From assembly GCA_951406725.2 (NCBI GenBank), contig OX597814.1:68696001-68760000 (forward strand): a DNA stretch of 64,000 nucleotides, written 5' to 3'. How positions within the stretch are numbered: the first letter of the stretch is position 1; every line of letters begins with the position of its first letter. Shown in pieces: positions 10,777-23,210 of the stretch. The stretch comes from Octopus vulgaris. Lineage: Eukaryota. Below the pieces are notes generated by a model, which made no database searches, was not told the DNA's origin, and was given only the letters and a program-made list of their open reading frames with translations. Position numbers and translations under genes: made by a program.

Positions 10777-12067
10777 CGAGGGGCGTTCAATAAGTAATGC
10801 CCCTGACCCACTTCCTATAGCAGTAGAGCAACGAAACTTGGCACAGTTATTAGTCTTTTTCTACATAGGAACCACCCAGAGTTATGCATTTCTCCCATTG
10901 TTTGATGCAGCTCTGGAGACCGTTTTTGTAGAAAACCCCAGCTTGGTCCTCCAACCTCAACGTGACTTCAGAAATCAAGGCTGCATCATCTGGGAAACGC
11001 TTTCCTTTCAAAAACAACTTCTTGACTGGGAAGAGGTGAAAATCAGAGGGTGCAAGGTCAGGAAAGTAGGGGGATGGGGGAGGAGTTCATAGTCATACGC
11101 CTGTGCTTCTGATCTGGCGACAAGCGAGTTGTGGACCGGAGCGTTTTCCTGCAGGAGGAGGATGTCTTTGCTGATCTTGCCCCGCCTCTTGATTTTGATA
11201 ACTTCTCTTAATTTCCTCAAAAGTGAAGCATAATAGGCTCCTGCAATTGTGGTACCCTTTGCCAGGAAATCTGTCATCACTACTCCGTCCTGGTCCCAGA
11301 AGACTGTGAGCATGACTTTGCCAGCGGAGGGCTGCACCCTTGCCTTCTTTGGAGGGGGTGAGTCACGGTGCTTCCACTGCATTGACTGGGCTTTGGTCTC
11401 TGGATCATCGTGATGGACCCAGGTTTCATCCTGTGTAATCAGTCTTTTGAAAAATTTTGATTCATCTTCTTGGCACATCTCCAAATTCACCCTCGAGCAC
11501 TCGACGCGTTCTTGCTTCTGGAAAGGCGTGAGCAACCTGGGAATACATCTGGCAGACACCTTTTGCATATGCAAATGGTCATGAATGATAGTTTCCACAG
11601 ACCCGGTACTAATCTTGACCTCATGGGCTATTTGGCGAATAATTATGCGTCGATCTTCCAAAATGGCAGCTTCAACTTGACGGACAGATGCCTCATCAAT
11701 GGCAGAAGGGGCGACCAGATCTGGGAGATGTTTCTACAGAGTTCCGACCATGTTTGAATTCACGATGCCAGCGTTTTACAAGGTCATATGATGGGGCATC
11801 ATCACCATAAGTTACTTTCATTTCATCAAAAGTCTCCCGTGGTGTGCGTCCTTTCAAATACAAAAACCGGATCACTGCTCGACACTCAACAGGCTCCATT
11901 TCACACTTGACTCGGTTCAAACACCTGTAAATCAGAAACCACAATTTGTTCAGAGCTGTAATTTGCCACTTACTCTATAGAGATAGAAATGATTGCACAT
12001 GCAAAATTTCAGCTAGATCCAACAAACTGCAAGTGGGTCAGAGGCATTACTTATTGAACGTCCCTCG
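10777..12067 (-). mobile_element. Full-length mariner (DD34D) element with frameshifted transposase
   Basis: TIRs CGAGGGGCGTTCAATAAGTAATGCCCCTGACCCACTT / AAGTGGGTCAGAGGCATTACTTATTGAACGTCCCTCG. TA dinucleotide on both sides; length 1291 bp. Confidence 0.93.
10850..11899 (-). pseudogene. Mariner transposase pseudogene
   Basis: MEPVECRAVIRF...RSGRP, then CIPRLL, TQDETW and HPP(fs)SPDLAPSDF motifs. Frameshifts near 11700 and 11070. Confidence 0.9.
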
Positions 12068-12803
12068 TATCTCCTTTATGTTAAAACGGTGGTAAAACGC
12101 CATATCTGTCCAGTGTCGCCACCTGTCAGATTCCCAAACATGGATGTTTCTAGCTCTTTAGCTGTTATCAATGAAAAATACCTAAGAGAGGCAGCTCCAT
12201 ATTTTTAACTAAAATACGGTCAACAACACTGACTTATTTGCGTCAGTAGACAGCTGAGGTCAAGGAAATTATCAAAATATCAGCGCCAAGCAGTGTTTAG
12301 GCATAAGGGAACTTTAGATTAGTTAAAATATATTTGTGACATACATCAAATACTGAAAGGCAAATTCACTGCAGTTACCGAGAACAATTCTCTACTATGG
12401 TAAAAATGTGTAAAAACACCTCTTTCTTTATAGCTGACAGTGGACACTAGGAGGTCCATTACCTTTCCCCCTCATTATCAAACACACTAACCCCTATTAA
12501 GGCTATAATATCTGAAATATAGTCCTGCTTTATGTGTCGTAGTGTTGTTCCCCATCAATTAAACCACTTGAAAGTACATTGCTTTGGTGAAGCTCCTTCT
12601 GCGGCAAGGCCCAGTTGTAGGATCACTAAATATGTATGTGCCGAGGATTCTGAACTATTTTAAATGTAAAACTCATGTATTCATCTGAAGAAAATGGTAT
12701 TTTATAATATAATAATGTACTCATTAATCAACCTGTCCATCAGTTGTTACTTATGCATGCATACATGAGTGTGTGTGTGTGTGTGTGTGTGTGTGCATGC
12801 CTG

Positions 12804-12858
<55 letters not shown>

Positions 12859-12904
12859 GCATATGCACACAGACACACACCCACACACATATATGCATAT
12901 ATTT

Positions 12905-14600
12905 TTTACATAAAGTTAAATATATAACATAGAGTGGTCATAGTTTTGCATCCATAAAGTGCTTAGCTTTATAGACGACTTGTTAGACTCCAATAGCCGC
13001 GGGCATATAACCTCACTTCAAACTGGAGGTAGAAAACTGTTATGATCAGCTAATCTGTAAGTAAAAGAATAATATGCAATAGCTGACCATCAAAAGAATA
13101 ATATGCAATAGCTGACCAATAGCTGACCATCAATAGCTGACCATATCGCCCTTACACCTGTTCGGTAAGCAAATCTTATGGGCTTAAAGGGCGAACGAGG
13201 TATCTCCGCCCTTAGGTTGGTTCCTGTCCTCAAGTAATCTTTACTGACCTAATCAACGAACGGAGAATTCCACACCTGCAGGAGGTGGCATTTGAAATGG
13301 AGGCAGGGGTTAGGACCTCGTATCTTAAGTTTAAGAGAGACCTGAATCCAACAAGTCTTTAAGAATCCTTGCCCGCTCTGCTATGCAAAGCTTGCATCGT
13401 CCGCTCCCGTTGGTATTGGACCCCGGCTTCTCTACAATCCTCCATTTAATTTCGTATGGAGTTTTTTCATCTTTAAGGCATCACACGTAGCTGGCCAAAG
13501 ATGTGATGTAACGTCTTTCCAGAACCCTTAACGAAGATCTGTGGTTGTACAGGTACCCTTTAAAGGCAACTACGGCCAACCTGATGTATCTCTGAATTTG
13601 AGTGCTGGTTGTGTTCTTAACTCTGGTTTATCTTCCGTTGGTTCTGGGCCTGATGTTGTTGCTGCCGCTATTTTTACTGGAGCTGTCATCGTTTATTACA
13701 GGGCATGGGTCGAGCTGTTGCCGTTTCAGTAGTCATCCCTGGCTGTAGCGTTTTGATGCTGCTGTTATTTCCGATAGTGCTGTGGCTATTGTCGCTGTTA
13801 ATTCTGAGCGTAGGAGTGGTAGCTCCGCTGGTGCTGCAGGTGCTGGTACGGCCATCATCTCCGGCCATAGCGCTGGTGCTGGTGCTGCGGTCGTTGTTGT
13901 CGGTGCTGGTGTTTCTGCCGTTTAAAGCTGTTGCTGCCGTCTCCGCTGTTGCCATTGTTGTCGTCGATGTTGTTGGATGAGCTGCTGCTGCTATTACTCT
14001 GATTCTTAGGGCTGGATACTACCACATCCTCATATGCGACTCCCTCAGTCTCGCACTCCCCCATCCTACTGGCCAGTTATTTTACTCTCTGCATGAGCAA
14101 CTGGCCTCTGCTCTCGTTTTATGGATGTTTGCCAATATTCTTTTCATGTTGGGTTCCTGTTGAACAAACGTCTGTACCTGTGTGTCTGCGTGAAGTGCTT
14201 GTCTACCAACCTTAGTTTTAAAGTTGAATGAGAAGAGTGGGGCAAACCAAACGATGTTCCAGGAGCTCTTTCTTTCGCGGGTTCCGAGGTCCGGCATATA
14301 GGAAATGCGTCCTTAAAACCATTGGACGCCAGAGCCTCGTTGTAATAGGGGGCTGCAGTGTCGAAAATTTCTTGATTCGATAACATGTTCGAGATTCTCT
14401 TGCTGACAGCTTTCACTAGGTTCCTAAACACGATAGGCAAGTAGCAGTAGGCTGCATTGATGTAGGGCAACCTCTTGTTTGGTTTGTGGTAGAGATTGTA
14501 CGAACGGGAGCCAAAGTCTAGCGGCCACTGGAGTGTGATGAGTCGTCTATAAAGCTAAGTGCTTTATGGATGTGACTGGACTTATATTTAACTTCATGTA
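12905..14600 (-). mobile_element. Penelope-like element 3' relic (RT thumb + GIY-YIG) bracketed by inverted pLTR fragments
   Basis: YINAA..KRISNMLSNQEIFDTAAPYYNEAL, WNIVWFAPLFS, CSCR, GECETEGVAY, YIR..FKGYLYNH, CKLCIAERARILK. The segments at 12905-13002 and 14520-14600 are inverted copies of each other. Confidence 0.85.
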
Positions 14601-14621
14601 AATACATTACTGATCCGCTGA

Positions 14622-14673
<52 letters not shown>

Positions 14674-14704
14674 CATGTGTATCCTTGGACCTTTCCTTTT
14701 CTAT

Positions 14705-14739
14705 GTTTCTGACGAAGAGCTCCGCCCGAAACGTTAAAT
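14705..14739 (+). ncRNA. Minimal type I hammerhead in a short PLE-type repeat
   Basis: GUUU-CUGACGA-A-GAGC-UCC-GCCC-GAAA-CG-UU-AAAU, with palindromic AACGUU. A decayed sibling (CTGATGAAGAGCTCCCTCGAAT) lies at 27824 in homologous flanks. Confidence 0.7.
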
Positions 14740-14839
14740 CCTCCTCCTTTCTTTCCTTTCCTGAGCGTCCAATAATACTATACTTGTTCCACGTCCTCGC
14801 GTTGTTGTGTTTTCTCTTTGTTCATGTTTGGATTAACTA

Positions 14840-14903
<64 letters not shown>

Positions 14904-15402
14904 ATATGTAAGTATATGTATATTTTATCTGGGGTTTGTTTGTCCCACCTTATACTTGTGTGTCTTTGTGTCTGTGTGTGTGTATGTATACGTAAATGTA
15001 TGTATACATAAATAGCTTGTAACTATTATCGTGTCAGGTATCACTGACTCACCTACATGCAAGATTACGTAATTACTCGGTAATCAGCGGAAAAGTGAGC
15101 AGACTTTTAAGAATATGTACCACAATCTTCTCCGTATATCAAGCTTTAGCCAGTGTCGTGTTACAATAGCTGATATTTTGGGAGAAGACATGCTTGTTAG
15201 TGCATTCTTAGGATCTTATAGGATCCTAGGCGTTCCTAGCTACGGATTTGATAGCAGCTCGATGATGGTTTAAGCAACGATTAACGTAATGTAAATTTTC
15301 ATTTGGGTTATGACAGGGACGATAAAGGTCTCCATTAAAGTTTCATGAAACACCTAGGAAATTCACTAATCGATGGTTAATACTCACTGTAAAAGATATT
15401 TC

Positions 15403-15796
15403 TTTTACTTGCTTCAGACATTTGACTGCGGCCATGCTGTAGCACCGCCTTTAGTCGAACAAATCGCCCCCAGGACTTATTCTTTGTAAGCCTAATACTT
15501 ATTCTATAGGTGTCTTTTGCTGAACCGCTAAGTTACGAGACGTAAACACGCCAACATGAGTTGTCAAGCGATGGTAGGGGACAAACACAGACACACAAAT
15601 ACATACATACATACATACATACATGCATATATGTATGGACTTCTTTCAGTTCCCGTCTGCTAAATCCACTCACAAGGCTTTGGTCGGCCCGAGGCTATAG
15701 TGGAAGACACTTACCCAAAGTGCTACGCAGTGGGACTGAACCTGGAGCCATGTTGTTGGGAAACAAGATTCTTATCCCGCAGCCACTCCTGTGCCT
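15403..15796 (-). mobile_element. tRNA-derived SINE (major family in window)
   Basis: Head AGGCRCAGGAGTGGCTG..GGTTCAGTCCCACTGCG, internal microsatellite, tail ..GCAGTCAAATGWCTGAARCAAGTAAAA. Multiple copies in the window. Confidence 0.9.
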
Positions 15797-16135
15797 ATAT
15801 AGTCGAAATTCCTTTAAGAAATAATTAGCTTCTTTATACATCATACTGATTCTACGTTGCTACACATACGGAAAGAGATAGAACGTCATTCTTGGATAAA
15901 TCTCTCCTAGTGCAGAAAATCCACATTTAACCTAGACAGGAACAGATTATGAGATGTCTACACTGGATTACATTTATGTTTAAACGATTTAAAGAAGTAT
16001 AACTTAGTAATTATACACGTTAAAGTAATGATTGTGATAATGATATTTATGCAAATAATACTAATTAATACAGTTATAAGGCAGTGAGCTAGCCAAGATG
16101 TTAAGCCGTCGGACAAAATCCCGCTAAGTATTTGT

Positions 16136-16420
16136 AGGCGTAGGAGTGGCTGTGTAGTAAGTAGCTTGCTTACCAACCACATGGTTCCGGGTTCACTCCT
16201 ACTGCGTGGTACCTTGGGCAAGTGTCTTCTACTATAGCCTCGGGCTGACCAAAGCCTTGTGGGTGGATTTGGTAGACGGAAACTGAAAGAAGCCCGTCGT
16301 ATATATGTGTATATATATGTATGTGTGTGTATATGTTTGTGTGTCTGTGTTTGTCCCCCCAACATCGCTTAACAACCAATGCTGGTGTGTTTACAGCCAC
16401 GTAACTTAGTGGTTCAAAAA
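16136..16420 (+). mobile_element. tRNA-derived SINE, 3'-truncated at the gypsy relic
   Basis: Same family as 15403-15796. It interrupts another SINE head at about 16079-16135. Confidence 0.88.
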
Positions 16421-18861
16421 AACGGCCTCGACCGGGGAGATGTGGCTCCTCTCTGCTATGATCTTGATGGTGCAATGATGCCTCTCTTCAACCCCAATGT
16501 CACTTGGCTGGTATGCTGCCCTGAAGAAACGGCTAACATGCCACTTGTCGAGCATTTCCCCCAGCACCTCAATTAGCTCATCCACAGGGCCTCATTCTAG
16601 GAATATCTCATTTAGTATTCTTGTGATTTCCTCCGCTGTCCCTGTCTTCATCTCCCTCCATATGGCCAACCGCCCCGGTCCGCATTCGACAATCTAGAGG
16701 TATGAGCTCTGCTGGTAGTATGTCACGTCCACTACCAATCGTTTCCAGTTGTGTTCCACTGGAATGCTTCCCGCCTCATGTAGACTTGGAGCGAGTCAAT
16801 GGACTGGCACCTGTCGCAGCTTCCAACTACTCTTTGCACACTCTGCCTGGTCACGTCAGAGTCAACTTTCCTGGCTAGGAACAGGATCCCGTTCCTATAA
16901 GGATCCCTATACCTTACTAGCTGATAACTTCACAGTCTCTTAGCCACATGCAGCTGCAGGTATGTTGACTTCAAATCGACGATTGTGAAGGACCCTGTCA
17001 TCTGCCTCCACTCTCTCAAGGTTTCGCTGCAAATGTCCGTAGCTTTACCGCCCATATGGCACAATACGTGGTTGTTCAGCTCTCGGAAATCTAATGCTGG
17101 TCTGACTTTATGCCTCGTCGGCTGCACCACTGCCATCAGCGGTAGCACTCCACTCTCTACTTCCTCCTTCCAAGGGATCAGAATACCTTCTTTGATCCAC
17201 CGTTCCTCCTCTCCCTCGAACTCGCTTCTGGCATCTCCTTTCAGAGTATGCTGATAGCAGCCTACAACTTTTTTCAGTGTCGGAGGATCTCCCTTCCAGA
17301 GCCATTCCACTGTCCACTGCCGGCCATTGAACACATCCCGAAAGTCTTTATCTGTGATGGTGTTTGCAGCAAATTTTTCTTCACAGCTCTCACCACTCTC
17401 CTGTCGCGAACTCACAGCGCATAGCGGCCTCGCATCATCGAACGCTACACCGGCTTCATCGATTGTGACACCTCCCAACCGGACAATGGCGTCCATCCCC
17501 ATCACCACATTGACTCCGTCCACCACAGGGTCGATCACGATCGCACACAACCTCAGTCTTGATCCTTGTGCCACCATCTCCACGTCGCTAGTTCCTCTGC
17601 AGCCAACTTCCGTAACGTCAACAGCCCTTACACGACTCACTCCGCTCTATTCTTCCAGCACCTCTAGAGTCATTAGGCTTGTTGAGCAGCCCGTGTCCAC
17701 GATGGCTCGTGACATCTTTCCCTTCACCATGACATCTAATACTGGCAACGCCTCTATTCTTTCGACGGGACGACTACCGGCGAAGTAGTCTCCCTTACAC
17801 CGTTTCCTGAAACGCATTCGCTAGCGATGTGACCTATTTGTCTGCATCGATAGCAAATTACTCCAGGCCTGGGTTCCTTGCAGTCTCTCACCATGTGCGA
17901 ACCCTGACACCGAAAACACTGCCCTTTGAAGAGTCGCCACGTTCCTTGTTCGACCCCTCTCCACCGCTCTTTGTTTGAACTCCTTCGCGTTGTTGGAGAC
18001 TCTGCTAAATGTGTCGTCCTACAACACGAGACGATGGCTTGATTACTAATAATGAAAGTAATACTATTATATCTCCCATCGACATGGAGTGAGTATTCGG
18101 CAGCTTTTGCAGTTCGACTGACACGTGGTCAGGAAATCCTGTCACAAAGGCTAATTGAACTGTTTGTTCCAACGACTCATCCCTGTATCACACGAGGCTA
18201 GGCAATCTCCTGATTTCGTTGGCAAACACATCGATCTGTTAACCCGTCCACTTCACTTTCCCCAGTCGACCATATGCCATAAATTACCTTTTGTAAAAGT
18301 CTCCATCAGCCGGACTTCAATTATTTCTGCGCTTAACTGGTCCTTCTCTTCCATTTCCAGGTATAGTGCCAACGCCGATCCATCGAGGTACAATGGTATG
18401 AAACTCGATAGGTCATCTATACCTTGGAGTCTTGCCACGAACTTAATTTTCTGCAGCCAAGCGGTGACACCTCCCTCGCCGCAAAATGGCCTTACCGTTT
18501 CATTCGAAACACTGACCACACTCATCATTTTCTTTTTTTGAGCTGAAAAAGCTTGTGATGTGAAGGGGGAATAAAGACGGAAGTAAAGAGAAAATTGTGG
18601 TAGTCTTACCTATCGGTCCGGAAAACGGTCACTCTCAACGTCTAAGTGCTATGTCTCGATCTGCAAGATTCGCTCAACATCCACGTGCGCTGTCCGTGGC
18701 TGTACCGTCTAACACACCTGCCCTCATGCCCTGTCGCCATCAACTGACTGCTTGCGCCTCGCTGACTTCGCATGCCCACCGCGGTCCTTCCGGTGGGACC
18801 CCTAGGCTCCACTTCCGACAGAACATGCCCACTCCCTCACTTCCGGTCTTTCCCTACAACA
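16421..18861 (-). mobile_element. Ty3/gypsy LTR retrotransposon relic (putative 5' LTR, gag, protease, partial RT, partial integrase)
   Basis: Zinc knuckles CFRCQGSHMVRDC and CYRCRQIGHIASEC (17813-17918). Protease AIVDTGCS. RT VRPALDFRELN..DLKSTYLQL. Integrase-like residues at 16500-16720. Putative LTR TGTTGTAGGG..CACATCACA at about 18554-18861. Large internal deletion. Confidence 0.85.
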
Positions 18862-20334
18862 CAGCCTAGCTCATAACACCACACGTTGCAAGACCACATA
18901 TTTGTACATGAAGGCTATAGCTGATTGATTCGACCCTATATTTTAAGGATTTGGGGAATATGAATAAGAAAATGGACTTTCATCTTCTGAACTACTTATT
19001 CTCCCATCCTAGCACACTGCCCTACGTAAAATAAGGAAAGGCTGCAATTGTTCTTCAATAATATTTCAAGATATCACATGACTATTCTGATCATCGTTAA
19101 TTACAATGGTCTAATTCCTTTTATAAAGCAGAGTTGCTGTTGTAAGCAATTCATATCTGATTGCTCACAAAACTTTGATATAACTTTAATTCATTTAATT
19201 TCTATTTGAAAATATCTTTTGACATAACTGCAAAGAAAGCATTTCAACGGATTTGTTTTATTGTTCTAAAAGGTTTTATAGATTATAGTTAACTATTTTT
19301 ACAAATACGAAATTGTAATTATACAGCGTAATAAGCTGTAATTACTAATAAAGCAAATTGCATTAGAACTCAGTGTAGCTTTTGAAAAGTGAATGGGTTA
19401 TTAGGATTTATCAATAACCATATTTCTATTCACAAAAGACAATAATCAACCGGAATAACTCAAATATTGTCTTTTTAATATAAATTTATTACTGCTGAGA
19501 AACAGAACATTTAATACTCAAAGCTTGGGCGTAATGTGCTTATTTAGAAAGGATCCTAGAGAAGAAATATTAATTTGATCACTTTAAATTTGCAATATTA
19601 TATTTAAAGAGCAACAAACTGTTCTGTATGCTCTCGCTCAGTGTCCCAATATTCCTGTCTTTTCGAGTTATGTTGAATAGTCATGCCATGTGCTCCATGG
19701 ATTCAATACGTGTGAGGAACGCCGGGAAAGGTGGATTACGACAGAATAAGGTTTTGTCCAGTAGATTTACTGGACAATAAGTTTAAATTCGTCCAGGAAA
19801 TTTATTGAAAGGTGTTTGTGCATGAGGAGTACGGACATGTGAAGGTACCTACATCGCCAATATGCCAGAGATCTCCATGTGGCTATCCGCCTATTGGAAT
19901 GTTTTAGATCAGTTTTCTATATACACTTGTTTTTTATGACTGTTTATACTTCATTCTGTAAAACACCGACTGTTTCAGTGATTTCTGATTTACTTTGTAA
20001 ATCAGAGGCAAAGGAGGAGGTGCGTCGGACAAAACACCATTTGGTATGTAGTTTCATTCTTTGATGCAGATCGTTCAAATTCTGTCGCTTTTAAATTGTT
20101 TTAAGTTCGTTTGGTCGAGTTCCCTCCCTAATACCAACCATCTATTACATTGCAAAAGCAATGATACACCTGACATTATAATCAGGTGTCAGAAGACCTC
20201 CTACGTCAATAAACCATTATTACTCCTGAAAGTTGTTCTTTATGCATTCTACGAGCTGCTCCAAGCTTACTTACATCCTATACATTGATCTTTGAATCTT
20301 AGCTTCAAACACACACACACACACACACACACAC

Positions 20335-20410
<76 letters not shown>

Positions 20411-20659
20411 ATATGTACAATTACTCAATAGTCAAGATAAAACTGAGTTTCAGATACCGAAGTGGAAATCCACAGCACCATCTCTTCGGTTATCTGGCCA
20501 TCTGAAAAAAAACGCTTTGAAAAAATACCGTTATATAAAGGGAAATTACTGTGTTATATATATATATAGGGTGGAGAATTGACAAAAAACAAAAGACGAA
20601 GACAGGTGGTGTAGACAAGAAATAGATATATTAGTTTAACGCTCGGGAAGTAAAAATAT

Positions 20660-20788
<129 letters not shown>

Positions 20789-20889
20789 TAGATAGATAGA
20801 TAGATAGATAGATGATAGATAGATAGATAGATAGATATAGATATAGATATAGATATAGATATATATGTGTGTGTGTGTGTGTGTGTGTA

Positions 20890-21475
20890 GGTAGTAAATT
20901 TTTACAAATTTCACTACCAATGGCCTAGCATGTATAGAAAGTCAATAGACGACATATTATTCAATATAAAATAGTATACATTTAAACACAAAGAGAAATT
21001 ACCTATAACAGATAATTTCTACACGCTAGGACACAGTCAAAAGGACCGAAAACCACAAAATTTAAGCAATTTCAAAGGGAATGAAAAAATAAAACTTTTA
21101 CCTTGGTTTTTGGTTTTACCTTGTTTCGAAATTTTTTAGTAAATAAAATAATTTACTAGGCAAATTCTCATCAGTAACCGAGCCATACATAGCACGTGTC
21201 CTATCTTTATATGTTATAATTTTTTTTCAAATTATATGTTAGTTTGGATGGCTCGGTTGCTGATGAGAATTTTCCTAGTAAATTATTTTATTTATTAAAA
21301 AATTTCGAAACCTATAGGTATAACCGTAAAAACAAGGTAAAAGTTTAATATTTTTTCATTCCTTTTGAAATTGCTTAAATTTTGTGGTTTCGGTCGTTTT
21401 GACTGTTTCCTAGCGTGTACAAACTGCCTGTTATAGGTAATTTCTCTTTGTGTTTAAAAGTACACTATTTTATAT
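20890..21475. repeat. Long inverted repeat (about 230-bp arms) of hammerhead-bearing pLTR-like sequence
   Basis: 20963-21190 is an imperfect reverse complement of 21245-21475. Both arms carry CTGATGA..GAAAC. Confidence 0.88.
21254..21326 (+). ncRNA. Type I hammerhead ribozyme
   Basis: CGGUUG-CUGAUGA-GAAUUUU...AAAUUUC-GAAA-CCUAUAGG-UA-UAACCG. Stem III ACCUAUAGGU is palindromic; the triplet is GUA. Confidence 0.85.
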
Positions 21476-21602
21476 ATATATATAATATATATATATGATA
21501 TGATATATTATAATATAATGTAATATATAATATATATAATATATGTAATATAATATACATAATATATATAATATAATATATATATAATTTATATAATACG
21601 TA

Positions 21603-22075
21603 TCAGGTCATCCCATAAGTTCTGTCCGATTTTACCAAATTCAAATTTGAATGAGATTTAATAGTATTTTAGAATGTCTAATGAAATTGAAAATTATTTT
21701 TAGACATATGTGTACCTTTAAACTCATTAAATATTATTTTACAGAATAATAGAATTAAAATTTCTTTCATTAAAACCCTTTCTGACATGGACATATCCAA
21801 AGAGTATTTGAGGTTCTTAATACTTTATGAGTACGAAAAAGGAAACTCTGCAGCCGAAGCGACTCGAAATATACAATAAGCTTATGAGAAATAATGCTTG
21901 AATGAAAGAATTTGCAGAAGATGGTTTGCAAAATTCAGAAGTGCAGATTTCAGCCTTGAAGATGAAGACCGTCCAGTTGAATTAGATGATAAGCTCCTTG
22001 AGGCATTACTTAAAGAAAATCCTGCATTATCAGTTGAAGAATTTGCAATAAAGTTTAGTTCAAACCATTCAACAG
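21603..22075 (+). mobile_element. Mariner 5' fragment (TIR + HTH region)
   Basis: TIR-like TCAGGTCATCCCATAAG (compare 56851). MDISKEYLRFLILYEY..RRWFAKFRSADFSLEDEDRP with in-frame stops. Confidence 0.8.
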
Positions 22076-22715
22076 AATGGTTTGCACTAACAGAAATAGA
22101 TAATATCAAGCACAACTCGGCTGTAGGCCCCGATAAGTTCCCGGCCACTGTCCTGAAGATGTGTCAATATAAAATTCCACTCCTTCTAGCTCAGCTCTGG
22201 ACAAACTTAATAGACGCTACATTCTTGATCCTTTTTCCCCAGTCTGTCGTTCAAGTCTTCAAAAATGGAGACAAATCTCCTACAGTGAACTACCGTCCAG
22301 TTTCACTCACTTCTCATATCATCAAAGTATTTGAGAGGGTGGTGAGATCGCGAATAACTCACTTCCTCGAAGACAACAATCTGCCGAACCCCAAACAGCA
22401 TGAATTCCGTGATGGCAGGGACTGCCTGTCACACCTTCTGCACCATTTTGATGAGATCTTAAAAGCGTTAGAAGAAGGCTCCAACACTGATACCTTGATT
22501 TCAGCAAGGCATTTGACAGATTGGACCACAAAATCCTGCTGAAGAGACTGTCCAGCATTAGAGTCCGTGGAAAGCTGCTGCAGTGGATAATGTGTTTCCT
22601 GACGAACAGAAACCAACACGTTCTGTTTGAGGGAATACGATCCAACGTAGCCAAAGTCAGTAGTGGTGTCTCACAAGGCACTGTGTTGAGCCAACTCATT
22701 ATTTACATCAACAAC
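22076..22715 (+). mobile_element. LINE (CR1/L2/Jockey-like) RT fragment
   Basis: SAVGPDKFP, NYRPVSLTSHIIKVFE, QHEFR, DFSKAFD (frameshifted), SGVSQGTVL. Confidence 0.85.
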
Positions 22716-22733
22716 ACACACACACACACACAG

Positions 22734-22801
<68 letters not shown>

Positions 22802-22806
<5 letters not shown>

Positions 22807-23087
22807 TCCAGACCGAAGATACAAGGAAAACAAGGACGGACCATTCGGAGTTTTCTATCCTCAGTCGAGTTCCAGATTATCTTTGCAATTTCGGCTGGTT
22901 ATACTGGAGATTGCTCCAATCTGGCCAGCCCCAAGGAAAACATCTTGACAGTTAGGTGAAACAAAAAAAGGGAAAAACAAAATATCCAGACCAACTGAAA
23001 TTGCAAAGATAATCTGGAACTCGACTGAGGATAGAAAACTCCGAATGATCCGTCCTTGTTTTCCTTGTATCGTCTGTCTGGATATTT
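22802..23087. repeat. Inverted repeat with about 97-bp arms
   Basis: 22802-22898 is a near reverse complement of 22991-23087. Confidence 0.88.
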
Positions 23088-23170
23088 TGTTCTTCCTTTT
23101 TTTTGTTTTTGATTTCGCATAACTGTCTGGATGTTTTCTGTTCTTGTGCCATTTTTGTATTTTATGTGTG

Positions 23171-23210
<40 letters not shown>

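Noticed and set aside
13705-13980. Hydrophobic plus-strand ORF as a membrane protein
   Set aside because: Antisense of the low-complexity insert in the PLE relic.
16136-16210. tRNA gene
   Set aside because: A/B boxes are present but continue into a SINE body; no complete cloverleaf.
19640-20290. Host exon or RTE 3' relic
   Set aside because: Only a weak CPYSSC motif and many stops; cannot be supported.
20440-20510. Functional hammerhead on the minus strand
   Set aside because: A long stem II and GAAAC are present, but the core reads CAGAUGG and there is no convincing stem I; a relic at best.
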